From: Squalus acanthias
Taxonomy: Eukaryota
DNA: 64,000 bases
Assembly: GCA_030390025.1 (NCBI GenBank)
Contig: CM059438.1
Coordinates: 54,438,001 to 54,502,000, forward strand
Direction: 5' to 3'
Both the position numbers and the translations under genes were made by a program. Under the pieces are notes generated by a model. The model saw nothing but the letters and a program-made list of their open reading frames with translations, did no database searches and was not told the origin of the DNA. Shown piece after piece: positions 1-10,589 of the stretch (the first letter of the stretch is position 1; the number at the start of each line of letters is the position of its first letter).

Positions 1-778
1 ATATCAAGACTGAGTGCACTGGCTACGGATCCCAACATCCCGGCTGTAATGCTGAAGACTTTTGCTCCAGTACAGCTACAACACGGGCAATGTGGAAATG
101 CCCAGGTACGTCCTGTCCACAAAACGTAGGACAAATTCAATCCTATTACCATCCTATCAGCCAATCTCAATCATCTGCAAAGTGATGGAAGGTGTCGTCA
201 ACAGTGCTATCAAGCGGAACTTACTCACCAATAACCTGCTCACCGATGCTCAGCTTGGGTTCTGCCAGGACCACTCGGCTCCAGATCTCATTACAGCCGT
301 GGTCCAAACATGGACAAAAGAGCTGAATTCCATAGGAAAGGTGTGAGTGACTGCCCTTGACATCAAAGCAGCATTCGACCAAGTGTGGCATCAAGGAGCC
401 CTAGTTAAACTGAAGTCAGTGGAAATCAGGGGGAATGCTCTCCACTGTCTAGAGTCATACCTAGCACAAAGGAAGATGGTTGTGGTTGTTGGAGGCCAAT
501 CATGTCAGCCCCAGGACATCGCTGCAGGAGTTCCTCAGGGCAGTGTCCTCGGCCCAACTACCTTCAGCTGCTTCATTAATGACCTTCCCTCCAACATATG
601 GTCAGAAGTGGGACTGTTTGTTGATGATTGCAGTGATCAGCTCCATTTTCAATTCCTCAGATAATGAAGCAGTCCATGCCCACATGCAGCAAGATCTGGA
701 CAACATCTAGGCTTGGGCTGATGAGTAGCAAGTAACATTCGCGCCACACATGTGCTGAGCAATGACTATCTCCAACAA
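1..778 (+). mobile_element. CR1/Jockey-group LINE, RT region, left part (degraded; split by PLE insertion)
   Basis: ORFs 62-346 and 347-664 carry RT motifs (QLGFCQDHS, ALDIKAAFDQVWHQG, GVPQGSVLGP, FVDD). The element resumes at 4159 after a 12-bp duplication. Same family as 55276-56667. Confidence 0.9.
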
Positions 779-829
779 AAATGAGAAGTCGCACAACACC
801 AGGTTATAGTCCAACAGTTTTATTTGAAA

Positions 830-871
830 TCACAAGCTTTCGGAGCTTACGTGGCCCCTTCCTCAGGTGAA
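830..871 (-). ncRNA. Minimal type I hammerhead ribozyme in the 3' pseudo-LTR of the PLE
   Basis: Minus strand reads TCAC-CTGAGGA-aGGGGC cacgtaa GCTCC-GAAA-GCT-T-GTGA: CUGANGA and GAAA core, 5-bp stem II, palindromic AGCT in place of stem III, TCAC/GTGA stem I. Confidence 0.8.
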
Positions 872-900
872 GTAAAGAAATACAGACTCGACAAAGCATA

Positions 901-1188
901 CATAGATACATAGAAGATAGGAGCAGGAGTAGGCCATCCGGCCCTTCGAGCCTGCTCCGCCATTTAATGAGATCATGGCTGATCCTCCAATTCAGTATCC
1001 CGTCCCCGCCTTCTCTCCGTAACCCTTAACCCCTTTTGCCTGTAGAAATATATCTAATTCCCTCTTAAATATATTTAATGAGCTGGCGTACACTGCCCTC
1101 TGTGGCAATGAGTTCCACAGGTTCACCACCCTCTGAGTGAAGAAATTCCCCCTCATTTCTGTCCTAAATGGTTTAGTAAAGAATATAT
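901..1188 (-). mobile_element. Short 5'-truncated CR1 LINE 3' end inserted into the PLE pseudo-LTR
   Basis: ORF2 C-terminus (FFTQRVVNLWNSLPQ...GYGEKAG), 3'UTR and short repeat tail. Absent from the other pLTR copy. Candidate TSD AGCATA at 895-900 and 1189-1194. Confidence 0.9.
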
Positions 1189-1477
1189 AGCATATATAGA
1201 TAGAGAACAATGCATGTGTAACTTACAAAGGCAGACGACTACATTTAAATCATCCTGACTGTTTATCTGCCGAGGTGTGACAAAAGGCAATCAGGTCAGC
1301 CAGGAAGGTACCACATCAAAGACATAGCAAGATACAACTGAGACAATGAGGTGGAGTTACAGGGGGTCCAATGTGTCAAAAGCCGCGGTCTGTATGGGAA
1401 ACGATAAACTTTTAAAAAATTTACTTTTTTACTGGGAATCACATCTGTGAACAAGCCAACGACGACCCGAGTCTGGA

Positions 1478-3768
1478 TCACATCATGTATCGTGACATAA
1501 ACCCAAGATCCCGGTTGAGGCCGTCCTCATGAGTGCGGAACTTGGCTATCAGTTTCTGCTCGATGATTTTGCGTTGTCGTGTGTTTCTAAGGCCGCCTTG
1601 GAGAACGCTTACCCGCAGATCCGAGGCTGAATGTCCTTGACTGCTGAAGTGTTCCCCGACTGGGAGGGAACACTCCTGCCTGGTGATTGTTGCGCGGTGT
1701 CCGTTCATACATTGTCTCAGTGTCTGCATGGTCTCGCCGATGTACCATGCCGCGGTGCATTCTTTCCTGCAACGTATGAGGTAGACAACGTTGGCCGAGT
1801 CACATGAGTATGTACCATGTACCTGGTGGGTAGTGTCCTCACGTGTGATGATGGTATCTGTGTTGATGATCTGGCATGTCTTGCAGAGGTTGCCGTGGCA
1901 GGGTTGTGTGGTGTCGTGGTCGCTGTTATCCTGAAAGCTGGGTAATTTGCTGCGAACGATGGTACTTCTGAGGTTAGGCGGCTGTTTGAAGGCAAGTAGT
2001 GGAGGCGTGGGGATGGCCTTAGCGAGGTGTTCGTCGTCATCGATGACATGTTGGAGGCTGCGAAGAACATGGCGTAGTTTCTCCGCTCCGGGGAAGTACT
2101 GGACGACGTAGGGTACCCTGTTGGTTGTGTCCCGTGTTTGCCTTCTGAGGAGGTCTATGCGATTTTTCGCTGTGGCCCGTCGGAACTGTCGATCGATGAG
2201 TCGAGCGTCATATCCCGTTCTTACGAGGGCGTTTTTCAGCGTCCGTAGGTGTCCATCGCGTTCCTCCTCGTCTGAGCAGATCCTGTGTATTCGCAGGGCT
2301 TGTCCATAGGGGATGGCTTCTTTAACGTGGTTAGGGTGGAAGCTGGAGAAGTGGAGCATCGTGAGGTTGTCCGTGGGCTTGCGGTAGAGTGAAGTGCTGA
2401 GGTGTCCGTCTTTGATGGAGATTCGTGTGTCCAGGAATGAAACCGATTCTGAGGAGTAGTCCATGGTGAGTTTGATGGTGGGATGGAACTTGTTTATGTT
2501 ATCGTGTAGTCTTTTCAGTGATCCTTCGCCATGGGTCCAAAGGAAGAAAATGTCGTCGATGTATCTGGTGTACAGCGTTGGCTGGAGGTCCTGTGCAGCG
2601 AAGAAGTCTTGCTCGAACTTGTGCATGAAGATGTTGGCGTATTGGGGTGCGAATTTGGTCCCCATGGCTGTTCCGTGTGTTTGGGTAAAAAAATGGTTGT
2701 CGAAGGTGAAGACATTGTGGTCAAGGATGAAGCGGATGAGTTGTAGGATGGCGTCTGGAGATTGGCTGTTGTTGGTGTTGAGTACTGAGGCTGTCGCAGC
2801 GATGCCGTCATCGTGGGGGATACTGGTGTAGAGTGCCGATACGTCCATCGTGGCGAGGAGTGTTCCTGGTTCAACTGGTCCGTGGGTGCTGAGTTTCTGT
2901 AAGAAGTCTGTGGTGTCACTGCAGAAGCTGGGGGTTCCCTGTACGATGGGTTTCAGGATGCCCTCGACGTATCCAGAGAGGTTCTCACACAGGGTTCCGT
3001 TGCCTGATACGATAGGACGTCCGGGTGTGTTGGCTTTGTGTATCTTTGGGAGGCAGTAGAAGTCTCCCACGCGGGGAGTACGTGGGATGAGAGCGCGTAG
3101 GATGCTTTGAAGGTCTGGATCGAAGGTCTTGATCAGTCTATTGAGTTGGCGGGTGTGTTCTTTGGTCGGATCTGCGGGTAACTGTCTGTAGTGTTCCAGG
3201 TTGTCCAGTTGTCGGTATGCTTCTTTGCAATAGCCCATTCTGTTCTGTATGACGATGGCTCCTCCTTTGTCCGCTGGTTTGATGACGATGTTGCGGTTGG
3301 TCTTGAGAGCGTGGATGGCGTTGCGTTGTGCTCGGGTGACATTCTGGACTGTCTTGTGAGTGCGGCTGATGAATCTGGCGTTGATGCATCTCCTGACAGC
3401 TTGAGCATACATGTCAAGCTTGGGGCAGCGACCCTCCGGAGGGGTCCAATTTGACTCTTTTTTTCTTCGGTTGCTGCACTGCGAGTCCCTCTGTCTGCTG
3501 TTCTGGATCATTGATTGTCTCATTGGGTTTGTTGCTGACATCTTGGGATTTGTGGAAGTATTCCCGGAGCCTCATTCTCCTGATGAATTCCTCCGTGTCT
3601 GCCGCGAGACCGATGGGGTCCATTTTGGTGGTGGGGCAGAACTTGAGCCCTAGGGCGAGAACTTCGATTTTGTCTGGTTGAAGGGTGTGGTCGGACAAGT
3701 TGACGATGGACTTCCCTGTGGTTGCAACCGTGGTACCAGGGGAGGCTTGGTTGCAGCTGGTGGTGATG
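1478..3768 (-). CDS. PLE polyprotein (reverse transcriptase + Cys-rich linker + GIY-YIG endonuclease); one frameshift, N-terminus truncated
   Basis: 687-aa ORF 1478-3541 contains ADKGG, GRPIVS, MDVSALYTSIP, GTAMG, YIDDIF, CHGNLCKTC and VVYLIRCRKEC..WYIGET. The upstream frame (3414-3833) holds the PLE N-terminal motif IVNLSDHTL..LALGLKFCPT. Removing one T from the T7 run at 3458-3464 joins the two frames. Confidence 0.92.
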
Positions 3769-4158
3769 CCCAGTAAAAAAGTAAAAATTTTAAAGTTTAT
3801 CGTTTCCCATACAGACTGCGGCTTTTGACACATTGGACCCCCTGTAACTCCACCTCATTGTCTCAGCTATGTCTTTGATGTGGTACCTTCCTGGCTGACC
3901 TGATTGCCTTTTGTCACACCTCGGCAGATAAACAGTCAGGATGATTTAAATGTAGTCGTCTGCCTTTGTAAGTTACACATGCATTGTTCTCTATCTATAT
4001 ATGCTTTGTCGAGTCTGTATTTCTTTACTTCACCTGAGGAAGGGGCCACGTAAGCTCCGAAAGCTTGTGATTTCAAATAAAACTGTTGGACTATAACCTG
4101 GTGTTGTGCGACTTCTCATTTTTGTCCACCCCAGTCCAACACCGGCATCTCCGCATCA
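3769..4158 (+). repeat. Inverted pseudo-LTR copy plus 33-nt tail
   Basis: Near-identical reverse complement of 775-900 plus 1195-1436, with one ~10-bp indel and few substitutions. The junction with the ORF shows GAT(G/T)CCCAG microhomology. Confidence 0.93.
4029..4070 (+). ncRNA. Minimal type I hammerhead ribozyme in the inverted pseudo-LTR
   Basis: TCAC(4030-33) CTGAGGA(4034-40) A GGGGC cacgtaa GCTCC GAAA(4059-62) GCT T GTGA(4067-70); identical to the copy at 830-871. Confidence 0.8.
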
Positions 4159-4868
4159 TATCTCCAACAAGAAAGAGTTTAACCATCTCCCCATGACATT
4201 CAATGGCATTACCATCACTGAATCCCCCACCATCAATATCCTGGGGGTCACCATTGACCAGAAACTCAACTGGACCAGCCACATAAATGCCGTGGCTACA
4301 AGAGCAGTTCAGAGACGGTATTCTGCAGCAAGTGTCTCACCTTCTGACTCCCCAAAGCCTTTCCACCATCTACAAGGCACAAGTAAGGAGTGTGATGGAA
4401 TACTCTCCACTTGCCTGGATGAGTGCAGCTCCAACAACACTCAAGAGGCTCGACACCATCCAGGACAAAGCAGCCCGCTTGATTGGCACCCTATCCACCA
4501 CCTTAAACATTCACTACCTCCACCACCGGTGTACCATGGCTGCAGTGTGTACCATCTACAAGATGCACTGCAGCAACTTGCCAAGGCTTTTTCGGCAGCA
4601 CCTCCCAAACCCGCGACCTCTTCCACCTAGAAGGACAAGGGCAGCAGGTGCATGGGAACACCACCACCTCCAAGTTCCCTTCCAAGTCACACACCATCCT
4701 GACTTAGAAATATATCGCCGTTCCTTCATCGTCGCTGGGTCAAAATCCTGGAACTCCCTCCCTAACACCATTCTAGGAAGGTTCACTGCCATCTTCTCAG
4801 GCCAACCAGGGATGGACAATAAATGCCAACCTTGACAGTGATGCCCACATTCCGAGAATGAATAAAGT
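4159..4868 (+). mobile_element. CR1/Jockey-group LINE, right part (ORF2 C-terminus and 3' end)
   Basis: INILGVTIDQKLNW, IYKAQVRSVMEYS, KSWNSLP, then 3' end ...GATGCCCACATTCCGAGAATGAATAAA. Colinear with the copy at 55276-56667. Confidence 0.9.
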
Positions 4869-4960
4869 AAATTCATTATATGTGTACTAATCAAGATAAA
4901 TGTCTATAATAAATAGACAGAATGTATATCAACAATAATCAGGATATATATCAGTAACAA

Positions 4961-5524
4961 AAACAGAAAATACTGGAAATACTCAGCAGGTCAGGCAGCA
5001 TCTGTGGAGCGAGAAACAGTTAACAATTCAGGTCAATGACCTTTCGTCAGAAATGGTAAAGTCTGTATTAGGGTGGAAGGCAGGAGAGATTAAATGACAA
5101 AAAGGATAATGGTGCAAGGCAAAAGGAGATGGTAATGGGACAAGTAAAGAAACAAAAGATGGGACTAGAAGAGGTGTAAATGGGAATGGCAGAATCATCA
5201 ACAGCTGCTGTCCGAAAAAATGGGGGCAGAGGTTATGATCTGAAATTGTTGAACTCGATGATGAGTCCGGAAGGTTGTAAAACGCCCAATTGAAAGATGA
5301 GGTGCTGTTCCTCGAGCTTACGTTGAGCTTCATTCTATACTGAGTATTCAGTATAGAATGCTGAGGACAGCGAGGTCAGAGTGGGAGTCGGGTGGAGAAT
5401 TAAAGTGGCAGGTGACTGGAAGCTCAGGGTCACCCTTACGGACTGAACGGAGGTGTTCCTGCGGAGTATCTCCAGCATTTTCTGTTTTTATTTCAGATTT
5501 CCAGCAACCGCAGTATTTTGCCTT
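4961..5524 (-). mobile_element. Second, short Penelope-like element (different family): GIY-YIG C-terminus, 3' pLTR, inverted stub and tail
   Basis: Minus strand translates to EHLRSVRKGDPELPVTCHFNS...NEAQRKLEEQHLIFQLGVLQPSGLIIEFNNFRS*. 5464-5489 is an inverted copy of 4959-4984, followed by a 35-nt tail (5490-5524). 16-bp TSD TATATATCAGTAACAA at 4945-4960 and 5525-5540. Confidence 0.88.
5018..5053 (-). ncRNA. Degenerate hammerhead ribozyme motif in the second PLE
   Basis: Minus strand reads CTGACGA-aAGGTC att GACCT-GAAT-TGTT. The CUGANGA box and stem II are intact, but GAAA is changed to GAAT, so it is probably inactive. Confidence 0.6.
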
Positions 5525-5699
5525 TATATATCAGTAACAATCAGGATAATTATCAATACTCAGCATATATATCAGTAAGAATTAGGATAAATATTACTAA
5601 TACTCAGGATGTGTCTGTGCTGAGAACTCAAGCACAGAGCATAAACTGGGTAAATGAACTGGTAAAACGGAGTGATCTGTAAACAGAGTGAAGACTTTA

Positions 5700-6234
5700 A
5701 AACTCTGGGAGTATGGCGCTCACAAACCAGTTTTCAGTGCTGAATACTGGTGAGGGTGCTGATACCATGGGGGAGTTGGAAGAGCTAGGGAGGAGTTGAA
5801 AGAGCAGGAACTCAAAGGTGGTAATCTCTGGATAACTCCCAATGCCACACGCTAATGAGTATAGGAACAGTAGGATAAAACAGGTTAACGCATGTCTGGA
5901 GAAATGGTACAGGAGGGAGGGCTTCAGATTCCTGGGGCATTGGAAGTAGTTCTGGGGCAGGAGGGACCTGTACAGGCCGGACAGGCTGGGACCAATGTCC
6001 TCACGGGGAGGTTAACCAGTGCTGTGGGGGGAAGGGTTTAAAGTAATTTGGCAGCAGGAGGGGATTCAGGATGAAGCATCAGAAGAAACAAGGTGTGTAG
6101 AGGACTGGGAGTGACAAACTGTATTAGAATAAAAAGTAGTTCAGAAAGAGGAGGGATCAGATGGGAGAAATGCGAAGCAGGCTAAGGCGAGTTTGGAGTG
6201 CATGTGCGTAAATGCACGGAGCGTGACGAATAAG
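5700..6234 (+). mobile_element. Older CR1 LINE, left part (ORF1 esterase remnant and start of APE endonuclease)
   Basis: Esterase-like remnant (KVVISG..P, W.RREGFRFLGHW). Ends in CVNARSVTNK and continues at 10590 as KVGELQAQV..YDIVAITETW. Confidence 0.82.
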
Positions 6235-6340
6235 CGGTGGCAGCATCGGAGGAGGCGGCAAGATTGAAACATCGAGAGCAGAGGCAGCGCGGACCTGAGC
6301 GGCGCCTCCGACGATTTCAACAACAATAAAAACCAAGGAG

Positions 6341-6372
6341 TGACGTCACAGGACAGCAGGTAGATGATTGGT
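6341..6372 (+). promoter_or_regulatory. Candidate internal promoter motifs in the CR1 5'UTR
   Basis: Perfect CRE palindrome TGACGTCA at 6341-6348 and inverted CCAAT (GATTGG) at 6366-6371. Motif match only. Confidence 0.35.
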
Positions 6373-6553
6373 TGGTGAGTATTAACGTTTTTTTCTCTTT
6401 AACCTAGGACAGTGGTTTAAACTAGGAGCGGGAAACCATAACATACTGCATTAAATTTATAATTTAATTAGTTAAACTAATTAATATAACTATAAATAGT
6501 CATTGAATAAAGACTTTAACTAATTAAATAAATAAAATAATTTAGACTAAGAT

Positions 6554-7500
6554 ATGGCAGAGCTGGTTGCGTGTCTGGACTGCAGTCTGTGGGAGTTTGT
6601 GGACGGCGAGACTGTCCTGAGCGAACATGTCTGCAGGAGATGTCTCCGTCTCGAATCTCTCCGGCTCAGAGTCATTGAGCTGGAGTGCGAGTTGGAGACA
6701 CTCCGACACATGAGGGAGGGGGAGGAGTATCTGGACAGTTTGCTCCAGACTTTGGTCACACCTCGTAGAGAGGTGCAGGATCAGAATGGGGTTGGTGTGA
6801 CCGTTAGTGTGCAGAGTAAGGGGAACCCAGGTAAGAAAGGGAACGAGGATCCACAGAAACCGATCCTATCAATGTACTTGCTACCTGTGAGGATGAGGAT
6901 AAAGATTGTCGGAAGGACAGCCAGAATGCGGACCATGGCACTTTGGAGCAGGAGGCTGTCCTAAGGTGGAAGTAGGAGGAGGAAAGGAAACGTATTGTGG
7001 TAGTTGTAGGGGATTCTATAATCTGAGGGACAGATAGCATCCTTTGTAAGCAAGATCGAGAGTCCCACATGGTATGTTGCCTATCTGGTACCAGGATAAG
7101 GGACAACTCGAACCAGCTTGAAAGGATATTGGAGAGGGAGGGAGGATCCAGTCGTTGTGGTCCATGTTGGGACCAACAACATAGGGAAGAGTCGGCAAGA
7201 GGTCCTGTTTGGGGAGTACCAGGAACTAGGAGCTAAATTAAAGAACAGGATCTCAAGGGTTATAATCTCTGGATTATTACCTGAGCCACGTGCAAATTGG
7301 CGTAGAGATAAGCTGATTAGGGAAGTAAACATGTGGCTAAAGGAGTGGTGTGGGGAAGAGGGGTTCCATTTCGTGGGGCACTGCACCAGTATTGGGACAG
7401 GAAGGAACTGTACCATTGGGACAGGCTCCACCTGAACCGATCTGGGACCAGGGTCCAAACGGAAAGGATAAATAGGGCGGTCACAAAGACTTTAAACTAG
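6554..7500 (+). pseudogene. CR1 ORF1 (zinc finger/leucine zipper + SGNH esterase-like domain), disrupted
   Basis: CLDC...CRRC followed by heptad leucines; VVVVGDSII, VVVHVGTNNIG and RVIISGLLP motifs; split by stops and frameshifts. Confidence 0.88.
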
Positions 7501-7709
7501 TAAATGGGAGGGAAGGGCTCAGGGGGAAATTGCAGTACAAATAGTAGTTCAAAAACAAACGAAAGGGAAAAGAGTAGAGCAGCAGTCAGAAATTGTGCTT
7601 TGGGCACTACAGGTAAAGGGAAAACTAAAAGATGTAAAGCAATTAAACCAGGAGAGAGAAATAAGAAACATGTGAGTAAAACATTGAGCTGAAGGACAGG
7701 CTAGGGTGT

Positions 7710-10500
7710 GTGGCCCAAATAAGCGTTCATTATACAAACGCACGGAGTATAAGGAATAAACTGAATGAACTGCAGGCACAAATTCAGATTGGAGGGTATG
7801 ACATGGTAGCTATTACTGAGACATGGCTGCAAGACAGTCAGGACTGGGAACTAAATATACCAGGTTATAAGGTCTACAGGAAAGATAGGGAAAATGGCAG
7901 AGGGGGAGGAGTAGCCTTCGTGATTAAGAATGAAATTACTTCAATGATAAGAGAGGATTTAAAGAGAGGTAAGCAGCCAATGGAGACCTTATGGGTTGAA
8001 TTAAGAAATAGGAAAGGATCTAAGACTGTAGTGGGAATTGTGTATAGGCCCCCTGGTAGCAGCTGTGAGGTGCTAGATTGTATAAATGCAGAGATTAGAT
8101 AAGCGTGTAGCAAAGGCAGAGTGATTTTAATGGGGGATTTTAACTTTCATATAGATTGGGAAAGCAGACTAGCACCTGTCAGGAATGTCGTGAATTTCTT
8201 GAGTGTGTCCGGAATAGTTTTCCACAACAATATGTCCCAGAGGCAACAAGGGGGCAAGCCATATTAGATTTAGTAACGAGCAAAGAGCCAGATTTAGGTA
8301 ACAGCCTAACTGTGCGTGAACATTTATCCAATAGCGATTAAAACATGATCGAGTTCAACATAGCGTTTGAAAGGGAGAAACACGAAATGGCTAAGATTCT
8401 AGATTCAGATAAGGCCGACTTCAATGGGATGAGACAGAGGCTGTCCACAGTAAACTGGGCGAATCTGTTAATGGGTAAAATGACAGAAGATCAGTGGGAG
8501 ATGTTTAAAAAAGAATTTAATGTGATACAGAACCAGTTTATACCCCTGAGGGGCAAAAGAAACAGCCATGGACAACTAAAGAGGTAAGGGACAGCATAAA
8601 ACTAAAGGAAAGGGCATACGAAAATGCAAAAAATAGCACAGATCCTGGTGAATGGGTAAGATACAAAGAACAGCAAAGGGTCACAAAACAGACAGTAAAA
8701 GCTACAAAAAGGGAGTATGAAAAGAAACTTGCAAGGATATCAAAATCAATACGAAGAATTTTTACAATTACATTAGGAAAAGGAGGGTGGACAGGAGCAA
8801 TGGTGGCCCCTTAAAAACTGATATTGGTGATATTGTCACTGACAATAGGGAAATGGTGGACATGTTGATTAATTACTTTGCGTCAGTATTTACAGTAGAG
8901 GAAGAGGATAGCATGCCGGAAATCCCAAGGAAACTAATATTGAATTGGGGACAGGGACTCAATAAAATTAACGTAAGTAAAATAACAGTAATGAAGAAAA
9001 TAATGGCACTAAAGAGTGACAAATCCCCAGGATCAGATGGTTTCCATCCCAGGGTTTTAAAGGAAGTAGGTGAGCACATTGCAGATGTCCCAACTATAAT
9101 CTTCCAAAGTTCTCTCGATTCAGGAACCGTTCCTTTAGATTGGAAAACTGCGCATGTCACTCCGCTATTTAAGAATGGCGAGAGACGGAAACCGGGGAAT
9201 TATAGACCAGTGAGCCTAACATCTGTTGTCGGGAAATTGCTAGAGTTTATAATTAACGATAGGGTGACTGAACACCTCAAAAATTTTGTTGATCAGAGAG
9301 AGCCAGCATGGATTTGTAAAGGGTAGGTTATGCCTGACAAACCTGACTGAATTTTTTGAAGAAGTGACTAAAGTAGTTGACAGGGGAAAGTCTCTGGATG
9401 TTATTTATATGGACTTCCAGAAGGCATTTGATAAAGTCCCACATAAGAGACTGTTAACTAAGGTAGAAGTCCACGGAATTGAGGGCAAATTATTGACCTG
9501 GTTAGGAAATTGGCTGAGCGGCAGGAGACCGAGAGTAGGGATAATGGGCAGGAACGCAAACTGGCAGGATGTGACTAGTGGTGTCCCACAAGGATCTGTG
9601 TTGAGGCCTCAACTATTCACAATATTTATTAATGACTTAGATGATGGGATAGAAAGCCAGATATCCAAATTTGCCGATGACACAAAGATAGGCGGCATTG
9701 TAGATAGTGTAGATGAAAGCATAAAATTACAAAGGGATATTGATAGATTAAGTGAATGGGCAAAATTGTGGCAAATGGATTTCAATGTAGGCAAATGTGA
9801 GGTCATCCACTTTGGACCTAAAAAGGATAGAACAGGGTACTTTCTAAATGGTGAAAAGCTAAAAACAGTGGTGGTCCAAAGAGACTTGGGGGTTCAGGTA
9901 TATAGATCATTAAAATGTCATGAACAGGTACAGAAAATAATCAAAAAGGCTAATGGGATGCTGGCCTTTATATCTAGAGGACTAGAATACAAGGGGGTAG
10001 AAGTCATGCTGCAGCTGTACAAAGCCCTGGTTAGACCACACCTGGAGTACTGTGAGCAGTTCTGGGCACCACACCTTAGGAAGGATATATTGGCCTTGGA
10101 GGGAGTGCAGCGTAGGTTTACCAGAATGATACCCGGACTCCAAGGGTTAAGTTACGAGGAGAGATTACACAAATTAGGGTTGTATTCCCTAGAATTTAGA
10201 AGGTTAAGGGGTGATCTGATCGAAGTTTTCAAGATATTAAGGGGAACAGATAGGGTAGATAGAGAGAAACTATTTCCACTGGTTGGGGATTCTAGGACTA
10301 GGGGCATAGTCTAAAAACTAGAGCCAGACCTTTCAGGAGTGAAATTAGGAAACACTTCTACACACAAAGGGTGGTAGAAGTTTGGAACTCTCTTCCGCAA
10401 ACGGCAATTGATGCTAGATCAATTGTTAATTTTACATCTGAGATTGATAGCTTTTTGTTAACCAAAGGTATTAAGGGATATGGGCCAAAGGCGGGTATAT
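7710..10500 (+). pseudogene. CR1 ORF2 (APE endonuclease + RT), disrupted
   Basis: YTNARSIRNK, AITETW, VYRPP, NYRPVSLTS, QHGF, DFQKAFDKV, GVPQGS and KFADDTK spread over several broken ORFs. Confidence 0.92.
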
Positions 10501-10589
10501 AGAGTTAGGTCACAGATCAGCCATGATCTCATTGAATGGTGGAACAGGCTCGAGGGGCTGAATGGCCTCCTCCTGTTCCTGTGTTCCTG

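Larger units (their letters stand above)
779..4158 (-). mobile_element. Penelope-like retroelement (probably Neptune-type), 5'-truncated, with inverted pseudo-LTRs
   Basis: RT + GIY-YIG ORF. 3769-4125 is the reverse complement of 775-1436 once the CR1 insert is removed. TSD TATCTCCAACAA at 767-778 and 4159-4170. A 33-nt extension at 4126-4158 is present on one copy only. Confidence 0.95.
6235..10589 (+). mobile_element. Full-length (~4.35 kb) decayed CR1 LINE nested in an older CR1
   Basis: GC-rich 5' end, ORF1, ORF2, 3'UTR and tail TCCTGTTCCTGTGTTCCTG. Flanked by ATAAG at 6230-6234 and 10590-10594; host reading frame resumes across it. Confidence 0.92.

Noticed and set aside
3455..3470. Programmed ribosomal frameshift at A-AAA-AAG in the PLE
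   Set aside because: Joining the frames needs +1, not the -1 this heptamer promotes; PLEs normally have a single ORF, so a homopolymer indel is simpler.
2121..3681. Plus-strand ORFs overlapping the PLE, and similar antisense ORFs over the LINEs
   Set aside because: Shadow frames with no recognisable motifs.
775..4125. DNA transposon with long terminal inverted repeats
   Set aside because: The enclosed ORF is RT + GIY-YIG, and the inverted arm is a copy of the 3'UTR.
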